Of a stretch of DNA of 64,000 nucleotides, positions 37,501-45,259 are shown piece after piece; position 1 is the stretch's first letter; every line of letters starts with the position of its first letter. The DNA lies in the NCBI GenBank assembly GCA_003614675.1, contig ML002215.1, positions 1-64,000 of the forward strand, in the 5' to 3' direction. The position numbers and the translations under genes were made by a program. This stretch comes from Dimargaris cristalligena (taxonomy: Eukaryota). Below the pieces are notes generated by a model, which was not told where the DNA came from, did no database searches, and worked only from the letters and a program-made list of their open reading frames with translations.

Positions 37501-40344
37501 CGACGACGTAGCCATAGTGATGGCTTGGGTCCACCCCTGCTCGTCCTCACCGGGCTGAAACCGCGCTCTTAGAATATCGTGGTGGTTCATGAGGGACACT
37601 AAAGCACTGGTAACTGCTGATAAAGGCAAAGGACAGTGCGGGTTCACTTTTAGGGTGAACGACTGATTGAAGTGGTGCTGGTTATGAAAGGGTATCGAAA
37701 AAAACCAGCGCTGAACAGGGGTCAAATCAACCGTGCCTTGAATTGGGCCACTGTATATCGCATTGGTCTTCTTGGTAACAGTGGTAGCTTGCGGAATATT
37801 TTGGGTCATTTGGTGAAGCTCGGGGTACTGGTAAATCAGTGGCACTGTTAGCTGGTACCCCAGCTTCTGCACTCTAGACACCAACAGGATAGCCGAAATA
37901 GAGTCACCTCCGATGCGGAAGAAATGGTCGGTGGGGTTAATACGCTCAGGGTCCAGCTGTAGTACCTGGGCCCAAGCAAGGCGCAGGTCCTGGTTCACAT
38001 CGAGCAGGGGGTCGGTAGCATTCGGGATGACTGTTGCGGAATTCGACGACTGACGCACCAAGTGATCAATCGAAGGAAGCGACTTGCGGTCCAGCTTGCC
38101 ACTTGTTGACGTCTGAAATTCGGTCACGGATACCAGCAGCTCGGGAACCATCTGCTTGGGTAAGTTGTCCACCAAAAACTCCAGCAGAGCAGTGTGGTCT
38201 AGGTCGTCGGGGCTCGAGTAAAGAACTAACTTGTCGTGTACCACCGCCGCCACACTGTGTTTGAGACCGGGGAACCGACTGGCCGTATTTTCCACTTCTT
38301 CGAGCTCGATCCGGTACCCGCGAAGCTTGATCTGATTGTCTATACGACCCAGAAACTCGACGGTACCGTTTGGCAGCCATCTAGCGTAATCGCCAGTGCG
38401 ATAGACCCGGCCGGGCCCATATGGGTTAGGGATAAATTTGGTCCGGGTAGCGTTGGGGAGGTTTTGGTAACCGCGGGCCAGCCCGATACCCCCGATAAGC
38501 AGCTCCCCCGGCACACCAACCGGCACTAACCGAAGCTCATCGTCGACCACCAAATTGAAAACATTCCGGATCGGCTGACCAATGGTAATGTCATCATCGG
38601 GTCGGATAATAGCCATATTGCTGAAAATGGTAGTTTCGGTCGGTCCATACATATTGGCCAAGGTACACCGATGGGCCCATTGGGCCTGTAATTCGGGCGT
38701 AAGAGACTCTCCCCCGGTCACGATGGCTTTTAGCTTCGCTAAGTTGGTGGGATCTAGGCGGGCTAGGAAAGAGGGTACAAAACACCCCGCTGTGGCCTCG
38801 GACAAGTCAGCCAAAATATCGGTGGTCGGAATCATCACCGTACTTCCCGCACATAATCGGTGGAAAATCTCGTATAGGATACCATCAAAGGCCACGGACA
38901 TCATCTGGATGACCCGGTTACCGGGACCATGGGCGTCTTGTAAATTTGGATCAGTGACAATGTTGGTCAAACTGCGGTGCTCGACTTGGACCCCTTTGGG
39001 TTGGCCAGTAGTTCCAGAGGTGTAAACCACGTAGGCTAAATCGTGGGGCGACGATGAAACTGGTTCGAATCCTGATACTTCCGCGTTCTTAGCGGACAAA
39101 TGGACGTAGGGGTCAACCACTAATACGGGCACTCTTGACTGGCCCGACAGGCGGTCCAGGGCCGATTCGACAGTAATGGCCAGTGCTGCTGCACTGTCGT
39201 CCAAAATAAATTGGATTCGGTCGGTAGGGTAATCAGGGTCAATGGGTACATAAGCGGCGCCGGACTTAAATACCGCGAGCAGCGCAACGATAAAGGCGAT
39301 GGACTTAGGGATAAGCAGCGCAATCCGCATCTCGCGCTGGGAACCGTATTTCTCAATTAGACCCCGAGCTAATTCAGAAGTGGCGTAATCCAGTTGAGCG
39401 TAGGTCCACTCCTCGGTTCCGTGAGCTAGTGCCAAATGGTCGGGATAACGCTGAGCGCAGTCCCTGAACAGGTGGTGGATGGGCCGGTCGACGACTTGAA
39501 CTGGCTTATTCATACAGGAAAAACCCAGTAACCTTTTTTGTTCCCGATCGCTGACCCACGGAATGTCACGCACCAAGGTGGGCAGTTGGTTTGGAATTGA
39601 ACTTAGGAGGGTTTGCCATACTGCCATAAAAATAGTGCTAAATTGATTTGCAAACTCTTCGATGGCGGTGGCTCGATATGCTGACCGGGCTGATGTTAGG
39701 CTAAGCTTAGCCACGCCATCTCCACCCCAGTGGCAGCTCGCCAACAGTTTAGCCCCAGCCAGGGTCAGTAGGTCTGTGTGGGCACGTTCGGCCCTGTGAA
39801 ATGCAGAGATGCAGTGGGTGTCAGAGGTAGGGGGCCCCCGACTGGTTGGCGTACCAGGTGAGGCGCAATGCAGAAAAACCTCTATCGGTGTACAGTTACC
39901 CGGTGCCTCCAAAGTGACTTGATTGTCAGTAACAGAAACCGGAATGTTATCTGACTCAGGGTAAACCTGGTCACTCAGGCCCAATGAACCGACCGGTAAA
40001 TCGGGGTCCACTTGCCATAAGGCCAACGTATATGATACTGGGCCGGTAGTTTGGTGGGGCTCCTGGTCGTTTGCGACTGGGCTATCTAGAAGCCCAAAAG
40101 CCACCAACGTTTGCTGGTAGTAGCGACTTAAGAGAATAGCCATACTTCTCTGGACACAATCCTCGAAAGTGGAAATGTGGGCCGGTTGGACGGGAGTGTT
40201 GCCGAGGACAGAGGTGTACGTTTCAAACCCGGGAAGAGTCACTCGGGACTTGCCAAGCGGCAATCCGGCGTTCGGGAGATACTCAGCTGGCACTGACGGT
40301 ACCAGGGGTTGGTTGCCAGCAACGAGAACAAGGCGGAAATTCAT
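25528..40344 (-). CDS. Non-ribosomal peptide synthetase, 4938 aa, intronless: [partial C]-A-T-E-C-A*-T*-C*-A-T-E-C-A-T (* = degenerate)
   Basis: Three intact A domains (YTSGTTGQPKG, FTSGTTGLPKG, YTSGSTGAPKG); three T domains (GGDS, GGDS, GGNS); two E domains (HHALVDLISW/EGHGRE/RTVGWFT and HHLVVDLVSW/ESHGR/RTVGWFT); C domains HHSLIDGWS and HHAILDGWS; no TE, R or terminal C domain. Confidence 0.96.
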   Translation of the reverse strand: MNFRLVLVAGNQPLVPSVPAEYLPNAGLPLGKSRVTLPGFETYTSVLGNTPVQPAHISTFEDCVQRSMAILLSRYYQQTLVAFGLLDSPVANDQEPHQTTGPVSYTLALWQVDPDLPVGSLGLSDQVYPESDNIPVSVTDNQVTLEAPGNCTPIEVFLHCASPGTPTSRGPPTSDTHCISAFHRAERAHTDLLTLAGAKLLASCHWGGDGVAKLSLTSARSAYRATAIEEFANQFSTIFMAVWQTLLSSIPNQLPTLVRDIPWVSDREQKRLLGFSCMNKPVQVVDRPIHHLFRDCAQRYPDHLALAHGTEEWTYAQLDYATSELARGLIEKYGSQREMRIALLIPKSIAFIVALLAVFKSGAAYVPIDPDYPTDRIQFILDDSAAALAITVESALDRLSGQSRVPVLVVDPYVHLSAKNAEVSGFEPVSSSPHDLAYVVYTSGTTGQPKGVQVEHRSLTNIVTDPNLQDAHGPGNRVIQMMSVAFDGILYEIFHRLCAGSTVMIPTTDILADLSEATAGCFVPSFLARLDPTNLAKLKAIVTGGESLTPELQAQWAHRCTLANMYGPTETTIFSNMAIIRPDDDITIGQPIRNVFNLVVDDELRLVPVGVPGELLIGGIGLARGYQNLPNATRTKFIPNPYGPGRVYRTGDYARWLPNGTVEFLGRIDNQIKLRGYRIELEEVENTASRFPGLKHSVAAVVHDKLVLYSSPDDLDHTALLEFLVDNLPKQMVPELLVSVTEFQTSTSGKLDRKSLPSIDHLVRQSSNSATVIPNATDPLLDVNQDLRLAWAQVLQLDPERINPTDHFFRIGGDSISAILLVSRVQKLGYQLTVPLIYQYPELHQMTQNIPQATTVTKKTNAIYSGPIQGTVDLTPVQRWFFSIPFHNQHHFNQSFTLKVNPHCPLPLSAVTSALVSLMNHHDILRARFQPGEDEQGWTQAITMATSSPVDIFLTEDSVAPVDYPDFILNVQSRLNLTTGPVLAAALIYHPTTPSDTRLFITIHHALVDLISWRILIEDLNTLLRGDPLPPKTLPFQAWAAQLGDYAGRLSADVWPTQVNPGNPIQDIITLLPPPEVDDGDTSSARISTSLEFNQEFTDALLFQLAPQWRVTPRDLLLATFTQTFAHTVGLQQVSLCMEGHGREPWSAQQDITRTVGWFTALYPLVLHTRPGQSLLEFLRHTKEALQQIPGKGFPYALLKYMPGVPAEERAKLQAKTPARLDVQFNYFGRFNNDANNSSSDDPLSIEWSDYFGLHDFAPDDHVIFDINPMPTIVGDCLRLVIEYNPRVYSRIVIDQVMAGWRHNLAELADVTKRAQPLYAEPLLTQFDFAHLQLSSSEFQDIVGELNRRHIPLSQLEELLPCIALQSGLLTGVSTNPSSYLLQAALKIMGPLDLDRLVRAWDSVAEQHAPLRTIFFESSAKQSRGFIQVVLQPSPNVWTIQDRPLFSLDEFFRSNRQRGFTLKDIMIRNFVFPTADDQVHHVVITIHHSLIDGWSLPLLLQAWMDAYHQSSMVSLVPGASFTDMVDHVQRFETTVAQTFWTEYLLNAPITPAPLLQPDYCGQSGFTTQATILKLPKGRLIQAAQKYGISLSVLLRAAYAVVLSRLLDQDDVVFGITVAGRNLEIPGIEQVIGPCANTVPFRVRLDRSPLESWLKSIHQAQIAMISFEHTQLTDITKWVASGRRRPLFHTLVGSEHFPDPVTNPLHTLVMSNMGIDELTEYQLAINFIERTTCVEAKVSYSRSTYSDVSIDQLVDMVQIVLGQIMAALPDCTVDQLSLDSPISTLPHELVTANGNEPLHTPTVSSLFQQWNDAVTKDPIGVVYQGDAHSLTYLELNQVANSLAFRTAEAVEDRLVSVVALVESIECLLGCLVAAITLGVKLSILPTSYSVDDMVAYIDSGAFQVVWLPSSLVESIRPYVAAESVLVSVVGSSGYHIENVIELSQHPSMTDPMDFGLSLISASESECCTLPTAHCHLVHHALHSMQSYFDGVDTCVVNPSLTPASPQFPWLALSCLLSGTPIVSSSLVAPGEETASVCQIVTVDDINADPCDGSRLVLCDLAQPTWADILHWLRPSDTCLVFIASIIHGHQVVTAEHLISRSLPSSGKPFSDTILAVLDGCGHSCPPGVVGRLALVNLHSADKVAPIGPPVLGYRSSNEMVHILGASHQRVIIDDRQLHLGVLEQVLVQAGARSPKTLLLPGGQVIVLVANASESEIVRLKERVVYPLVPAVLTPHFIISTRDFPHVSDILSSRLQFFVQAYLNAHLTHSTENLSETEWWLTVVTNELCSTQLSFDSLSPQAVHSTVGATLAQLEQLQFRIRQKYDVQLTIGDLVKHSDFCDLANIITNLVGRIKVTAVGVVSNHNSYPTVNKPAPYLRLLAPTERQQRIWSLSQLDEPQVDFHHHILISSSAPLRLEDIQRSINYIAAQYEELRCRFVSEQGVLTCRTVLNMQIGVSEHLIDGPHILDDAYLEETVPYFDVTQGTLTQVDLYQLAVLSYSETVSTISLRVHEISCDSYLFERIVQTFIQQLSSNSLNPSVDNITRPDITTHLPTKADVQYWTTLLRDPPTELGLSPDYAHPSLPTFQCCDVKVDIPEQLAVAIRNLSSSKSISDSDVWLTLFTVFLRRLTNQDDLVIDMCESGGHRSDTVISGDSSSMGRRPVRISGKLSVEFHELTELIVHQIGGSLTHPMPPVGELLAGLDLPGHCRLAGLSRVCFAFQKVYSSKPTSGIQVSYPTPFHTMFPYDLQLAIVDSEPAMKCQLMFNPSIFSADTAGRLSHNFVLFAHSVIVLCEPWPTAPLISDSETRLLLKDFAIGSLGLTNPPETPHVNILELFFKTAKKNPEQVATEIGVHTQTYAALAQSVQLMANRLRLANVQPGDRVGVVATSHPDTIMCMLAIWCARAVYVPVDNKLPHNRQKYIVDIAECTRVVTVTGVSTVWSEALNSENLSPGPDGHPHESMEYTVQPNDTAYIVFTSGTTGLPKGIVVQHRSLNNVITNEAFASLRHPGMRFLCQVSPGFDASILVLLFPLVYGMTLVFPNETGPDILSTITSAMLPLSVIAPLEPSQFPNLKALVVGAEPLPLELAAKWTPFLELYNGYGPSETTIISHVGRVISGSRISIGRPIANTECYILDGNLQLVPIGTVGEIFIGGVCVSQGYINRPDLNASKFIDNPFTGQGKLYNSGDLGRWLPDGQVECLGRADGQIKLRGFRIELDEIRSVLLRQPGVKDCAVFVNDSFLVSYVIPETAVNEDRLRTALAKLLPSYMIPSYIVGLPTMPLTVNSKCDTKFLQNHFVEHLASQRTLISLSDAGPSPSSQPAKVLTQALIEVLGLSPNQVNLLLSFVKLGGDSISGIQVSSKCRQLGYALPGHALLGRESLQDAVQDMIAITSTAGIAGQLHAIDYQTSFPLTPIQTWFLDHPWANPHHFNQSFALELVRPISVAQLSSALLRLVNHHDMLRCQFIRDSTSSSHQWSQRVLPPFARLPVPVFELNASPSDLTDHFIDIQSSLDISQGHLLATGLITLSNNDTPQTITSQSANVQHLLFITVHHLVVDLVSWAIILEDLSLLLEDKPPVPQHLPFATWATELAEWAQETITTTNQDASPPTQPLETMFPHIRPDTMSLNYQDNIQARSIKLDIAMSNAVLHVDTHGIQPLEVMMAGLFRALFSISQAPTVTIFNESHGRLPFQPTLDPSRTVGWFTALVPCQAQVNSDTTVADYLKVAKQARRSSSGTQGLKYGLHHMLDKSRDTEIASSSYAPIEVAFNYLGNTTDQSTLTRGGRALWTVRPDLTSHLAVCDPAELRPQLLEVIGVPTSSGLKFTIHYCPQVVPSGVIESLLAEFQQALADMVHLLEQPDCLPFWTLSDFPLLSSTLPKGTAPEFDINKFIEEELPLLDLGADDIEDIYPCLPLQEGMLFATIQDPTAYAVQLTFTITGDLDITRFQKAWDDTAQIHNTLRTRFIMGTGGQADRNIQLITKSFSPQWVIGDWRDSVISTLDVKFTQAERAAGFPSHLPLIKFGLFRITENTYRFFVSAHHAILDGWSNGPLFRTALEYYSGLTPTSHSLLFKDFVGHILAKDQSEAESFWARQFASVETPSLLTEPHHRPDNRTHPNDDGFYGIVEHTVGPLDALNRFTKDLGITLSTVLRAALAAVLQRYTGSDFPVFGAVVSGRNVDLDGIANMVGLCINTVPCCVPLAGNVSVADVLQSIQTNSTVMCNYEHNHLSDIHRWSGISTEKPLFNTIFVLENYPETSDDPNLPIHFHLERGWDPTDYSLSIGAFTKNDQLKFRLTYRQLDFSDTFMSGFANHFAQAINSIVSLGPQASFRDVELFAEAERHQLLHSFAANPRPFVLDYIHSIFQYQARLTPNHTALIEGNERYTYAQLDTASDHFAQVLAQSVDCGPDRIIGILAERSLELVISQLAVWKTGSAFVCLVPNFPLDRMWFILADAQCPAVIGRAEFLAALSDIDISRIPIDALPLLTRGESAPFVSPAISPSNLAYVVYTSGSTGAPKGVMIEHQSLSNFMLGFNIDFPAGPDTVVPAMLTPTFDMSILEIWSPLSFGGTSLVFPGDYESALQLATRVIAVPSLMACFEPSHYPNLQQLILCGEPMPVKVAQNWGPVVELINAYGPSETTILSHWNRMRVDESTIHVGTPMANVTSIILDSYMRPVPIGSTGQIYLGGLGLARGYLQQPELTGEKFMECPFTGGRLYRSGDLGRWLPGGRVECLGRADFQVKLRGYRMELGEVESALERHPAVDQARVLIQDDTHLVGYVVPVAGRTAGILDFLRGRLPHYMVPSGLVELAQLPLTQVGKVDRRSLPRFDFTITRCNENPVELSPTETELVALIAEILEIEPSAVVLEATFFQLGGNSLTAIQLVTRCHRLTIGLDLADINRQNTIAYLAKLASVPTEDSAAESPSDIESDGYNSSIESA

Positions 40345-41346
40345 TGCAAAGGATTCACGGGGTCAATAGCAATAGTCAAAGATAAAAATAAAAATAAAAT
40401 GCGGTACAATAAACCTGCTGGCCGGTAGTTTCGTGAAAGATTGATTATAGTCCACCAGTCTGGATGTCCCGGGAGATTCAATATGCTTAAATGATTAGTA
40501 GCAGAATGCCAGCTGGGCAAACATTTATAGGACTAAAATGGCCCTTACCTGGAGATTGGTATGGAACTTTGGTACGAATATGGCTTGTTAGGCTATGGAA
40601 GTACATGGGCCAAAGGTAGGGGCTCGGGAGAACAGGGGTACAAAGGGCGTTAGGGACTCCTACCACCGGTGATGTTAGGAATAAGGGGGGATTAACGACA
40701 AGATACTGAATAGCACCAACCAACCAATACTGAACTGGAAATCTCAGAGAGCTAGGGTTATAATCGACTGCTTTATTAATAGATCAGTGATGCTGTCAGC
40801 ATTAAAACTACGACGGTGAGTGCAGGAGTCACTGCTATATTGTTCTATCAACAATCGTGGCCTGGGGTTTGTCGTGGGTAATTCAAGTACGATCCGGTAT
40901 TGCACCATGAGTCATTGAAACAGAAACACAGCCGGGGTTATCGCCCCTGTGTAATCCAAGTCGGAGTGGGGATAGATACGGGCTGATATTTAACTAGTGT
41001 GTGTTCATGTTCGATTGAACGATAAAGTACGCCATGCATAGCAGCGAACATTGACAACATGGCTTAAAGGGTAAATACGGTTCAAACCTCGTTATAAAAC
41101 CAGTTAACTGCCTACAACCCCCCTCGAAGCCCATATTAAAATAGCCTGGTTAGCAACTCTGTATTTAGGTAGAGATGCTACTTTTTCAGGAATTTCTAGT
41201 GACACATTCCTACCTACTCTCATCCCCGCCCCTGATTATTTTCCAACTTGGGCTCACTTCCGCATGATGGCTAATGTAATCAAAATAATGAAAGCCCCTG
41301 GGCGGGGGCGGTAAGTGGTTTCATAACCCAAGAGAGAAGGTGAAGC

Positions 41347-41478
41347 ATATGGGAGAAGTTCATTCAGGCTGTACAACGAAAAATCCATTGGATGAGGCCA
41401 ATATTACTGGTTAAAAGCCATTCCCCCATACATATATTATATAAAACCTTATACAGCTGGTTTGAATTTCACCCATAT
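41347..41478 (+). mobile_element. MITE family copy D (132 bp, internal deletion)
   Basis: ATATGGGAGAAGTTCATTCAGGCTGTA...TACAGCTGGTTTGAATTTCACCCATAT; ~1 kb upstream of the NRPS start. Confidence 0.9.
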
Positions 41479-42981
41479 GAATGAATATTAATGCGCCAGA
41501 TTTGAAATTTTCCCTAGGGATCAACTCAATGCAGCTCTCTAATGTGATATCACAGCCTGCGCGTGCACGCCCCTGGCGGTAAACTACATTGATGTACTTC
41601 ATATATGAGGTAAGTCATATTGCAATTGTTCTCTCGATAGCCCGGACTTTTATAGTTTGATATGGAATAACTGCATTGCAAAACGGTCGGTGATCACCAT
41701 ATTTAAGTAATTGTTCGATAATCAAGGGATGTTCTGGTAGGGGAGTACTGATTTATTCGAAAAAAGCATTGAATCTCATTTACCGAGATTGAGCAAATCG
41801 CCAGTCAATAAAAAAATGCGTGAATAGGCTTCTTACGAATTAATTTTTGAAATGACTTTAGGCCACCAGAGGGTGCTTGGACTCAATGTAATAATTACGC
41901 GGTCATTTGTGCGACAGACACCGGCCTTTAAGAACATGTTTCTTTTTCAACCAACTGCCAGGAAGTCCGTTTTCATTACTCACCCAGGTACTTTACCAAT
42001 CCGATGAACATAGTTTATAACTAACCATACTTTTGTGCAAAGGAAGGAGGGTCCAGAATTTACTCGGGATATCGTACATCCGACACCCCTTTCCGCCACT
42101 ACTTTGACCTGACATGAGTCGGATGGCGGACTACATTACTCTTGCATATGGCACCGGTTGAGAAGCTGACATAGCACATTATAAGTTCCGTTTTGGCCAG
42201 CACCCCCTACTGTAAAAGAGCCCCTGGGTGGCCAACGCCATTGGCATATGGTCTGAAAACTCTGCCGTTAAGCCCCATCCCCCTTAAATGGAATAAATTA
42301 AGGAAATTGTACCATCATTAAGATTTACCCCCCCCCCCCGTATTGAACTCGGTTTAGTATATACCCTTATTACCGACAGGACACGCTGCTCTTATTGGAG
42401 AAACCACAAGCTGATAACGGTGGCTTTAATTTATTGAAAGACCCAAAGAACCAATATGCAAATTGAATTATTGGTTGGCCTCTAAAAATAAAGTAGGTTG
42501 GCTGATCGGTTTATGCATTTACCAACAAATTGCATGTTATAAGCAACAGCAGGAACATGGCTTTTAGTTTCTAATGGCATTGCGATTCCGACATCTTTAA
42601 AAAAAAATATATACTCTACAACCTCACACAATGATACGTGTATCAATAATATGATAGACTTATTATCGCTGAATGAGCGAAGTATATAAGAGAGTGATGC
42701 AGGAGTCATTTCGGGCTCAAACCCCAAGGAGAATGTGTTGGCAACTGTTAGCAGGGAAGAATACATAATGGAGAACAATACCAAAAAATGGGATGATCCA
42801 AAACAGTGCTAATGTGAAAATGATAGAGTAATCCCTTTTGGCGCATTTTAAATGGCATCAAAATAGGAAAATTGATGGTGGTTAACCAATGAAGATGATA
42901 GGTAAACTAGTGAATAGTTTTTTGGTATATTTTTGGGGATTTATTGATTAAAAACATATATTAGTAAAAAAAAAAAATTAT

Positions 42982-43477
42982 TGTGCCGCCTCCCCAAGAA
43001 CCACAAACTTCGGCGGCACCTATTCCCAGGCCTAGGTCACCAGGATGTCCTCAGGACCGGTCCTACAATTCCCCCAACGGTCCTGCAGGAATCCCCAACC
43101 CCCAAGTACCGAATGTCCCCATGACTTCCCCAGCAGCTAAGCCACCGAGTTTATTAGAACAAACTTGTTTGGAACTCAATCAAAACCAGCGACGCCACCG
43201 ACGTCCCCAACATTCCTAACCAACAACCTCAAGTGACCCAGGACCACCAGCGGTTATTCCAACAATGGTTTCAAGACCAACTACTGCTTTCCACTGCCAC
43301 TGAATACCCTAACCCCTTGATCTATTTCCTGACATATAAATAAGGGGTAATCACCCATCTTTAATAAAGCAGACTTTGACGCCCTGTTTCTTGCCCTTGA
43401 AATAGCCGATTCTTTTGCCGATTTTTACCAGAAGATTGTTTAAACTCTTATTCTAAGCATTTTTCTGCTGCTGCACA
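42982..43477 (+). mobile_element. Putative solo LTR (~496 bp) immediately upstream of a tRNA gene
   Basis: Ends TGTGCCGC...GCTGCACA (TG..CA, 7/8 inverted match); internal TATAAATA (~43335) then AATAAA (~43363); C-rich block in AT-rich flanks; no clean TSD. Confidence 0.45.
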
Positions 43478-43490
43478 AAATTTTATATGC

Positions 43491-43564
43491 GATTTCTTGG
43501 TGTAGTTGGTTATCACGTCTGTCTAACACACAGACGGTCGCCGGTTCGAATCCGGCAGAAATCA
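43491..43564 (+). tRNA. tRNA-Val (anticodon AAC), intronless
   Basis: Acceptor stem GATTTCT/AGAAATC; anticodon stem TCTGT/ACAGA with loop CTAACAC; T arm GCCGG-TTCGAAT-CCGGC; followed by a T-run Pol III terminator. Confidence 0.97.
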
Positions 43565-43687
43565 TATTTTTGATGTTTTTAGATTGATCGCAGCAACTTT
43601 TTATATTAGTGGTTGATATACCCACGCAATGCTTTATTATCCAATATGTTTAAATCCGCAGAAGAAATGGCGATAGTGTGGAATATA

Positions 43688-44268
43688 TTACTCGGCCGAC
43701 TTGGGCTCGTTGGCCCTTTTAGCGGCCCGGGCCTTTTTAATTTCTTCTAATTGGGCCATAATCTCGCTCCGAGTAGTTCCGACTTTGTTGCATTCTTCCG
43801 GGGGAGGGTAAAGGTCCTTCAGGGCCTGACGAACGTGGCGGTCATAGAAAGTAGGATCCCCGAAATAGATCATGATAGCGATGGGGAAAAAGACGTAGAT
43901 GCCGAACTATTTCAAAATTTTGGCACATGGCATTGGGGGAGGGAGGGGGGGGTTGAGGTTTATATAGAAGTAGGCAAATAAAAATTATTGAAAAATAAAT
44001 AAATAAATGAATATTGTAGTTAGTGGAGGGGAGTGGGTACAGTTTAAGAGAAGGGGCAATGTGGGATGAGTGTTGGGTCGTTGCCGTGGTCCCGCAATGG
44101 ATCTGGCACCGCATCCCAAAACCCACTTCTCTCATATTTCGAGGCACTCGACCGTAAAGCGCAGGAGGCACCCCCACCTAGAAGGCTCGGTGAACCGGGG
44201 AGAGAGAGACGAATTAAGAGTAGGGGAGCTATACTTACGCGAAATACTTCCATGCGAGGGCCAGCCAT
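43688..44268 (-). CDS. PET100: Cytochrome c oxidase assembly factor PET100, 2 exons, ~82 aa
   Basis: Exon 1 44268-44239 (MAGPRMEVFR, GTAAGT donor) plus exon 2 43906-43688 (FGIYVFFPIAIMIYFGDPTFY...). Matches the Pet100 'EVFKFGxYxxFP' pattern. Confidence 0.85.
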
Positions 44269-44673
44269 GGTAGGAATCGTCTGTTCGGAATAACTGGCTA
44301 GGTAGCAGTAGGTAAGTGAGCGGGTAGGGAGAGGGGGGATGAATGTCGGTGGCGATGACAACCAGCTGGGGGAGGGGTTCGGTAGCTATGGCTATTCCAA
44401 GCGTTGGGGGTCCCAATGTAGAGCTCGCAAGTTCCGGGAAGGGAGGATTTGGGAGCGGGGGTGTATTGAAAGAGAAGGGTTAAACAGGCAGGGCGTATAT
44501 TTACTTCTACAGGGCTGTCTAAATCAATGGTAACAAATGGGGGTAAATCGTATGCGAAAGGGAACGACGGTTAATTGAAATGAGAATTTGTTTCTAGGGA
44601 TGAGCTGGGTGTTTGGCAACCAAGCTTCAATTTGGGTGGGTGGGGGGGGATTTATACGTCTCCCTTATTTAAC

Positions 44674-44817
44674 ATATGGGAGAAGTTCATCTAAGCTGTA
44701 TAACGAAAAATCCATTAGATTCGGCCAATATTACTAGTTAAAAATAAAATTCCCATATATTCTCCCATACACATATAATGTAAACCCTTATATAGCTGGG
44801 CTGGATTTCACCCATAT
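44674..44817 (+). mobile_element. MITE family copy E (144 bp)
   Basis: ATATGGGAGAAGTTCATCTAAGCTGTA...TATAGCTGGGCTGGATTTCACCCATAT. Confidence 0.88.
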
Positions 44818-45259
44818 TCTCTTTTACCCATCCCCTATACAACCCCCAGACAAGCTAGGCCATTGAAGTTTGAACTAGATAATTGGTTGGCTGCTCACCC
44901 TTCTAAGATGTGCTCTTTTGCTCAATGTCAATTTTAGATACTGGTGATTGGATTCTACCCGAAAACATCCGAGAGGCCCAAAGGAAACCGCGGCAACACC
45001 AAATACATATAAAAGAGTCTACAATTAATCGTAAAAGAGATACGTCGGTTTTTATATTCATATTTAACTAATCTTGAATATCAGGCTAGGGTCCCTCTTT
45101 AAGTCATTATAGCAAACCGTGGTTTCATTTGAAGGTGAGCAATCCAATAGCTGCATAATATTAAAACGTCGAAAATGTAGATAGATAATATACAACAACG
45201 GCGAAAGGATAGACAATGGCAGTGGTGTATCGGGATGCAAAACTCAGGAAATAGTACAT

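Noticed and set aside
42111-42140. ~25-bp similarity to 48500-48525 (GACATG..TCGGAYGGC..ACTACAT)
   Set aside because: Short, needs two gaps and does not extend; could be chance.
42983-43219. Pro-rich 78-aa ORF
   Set aside because: Starts at GTG and reflects the C-rich strand of the putative LTR.
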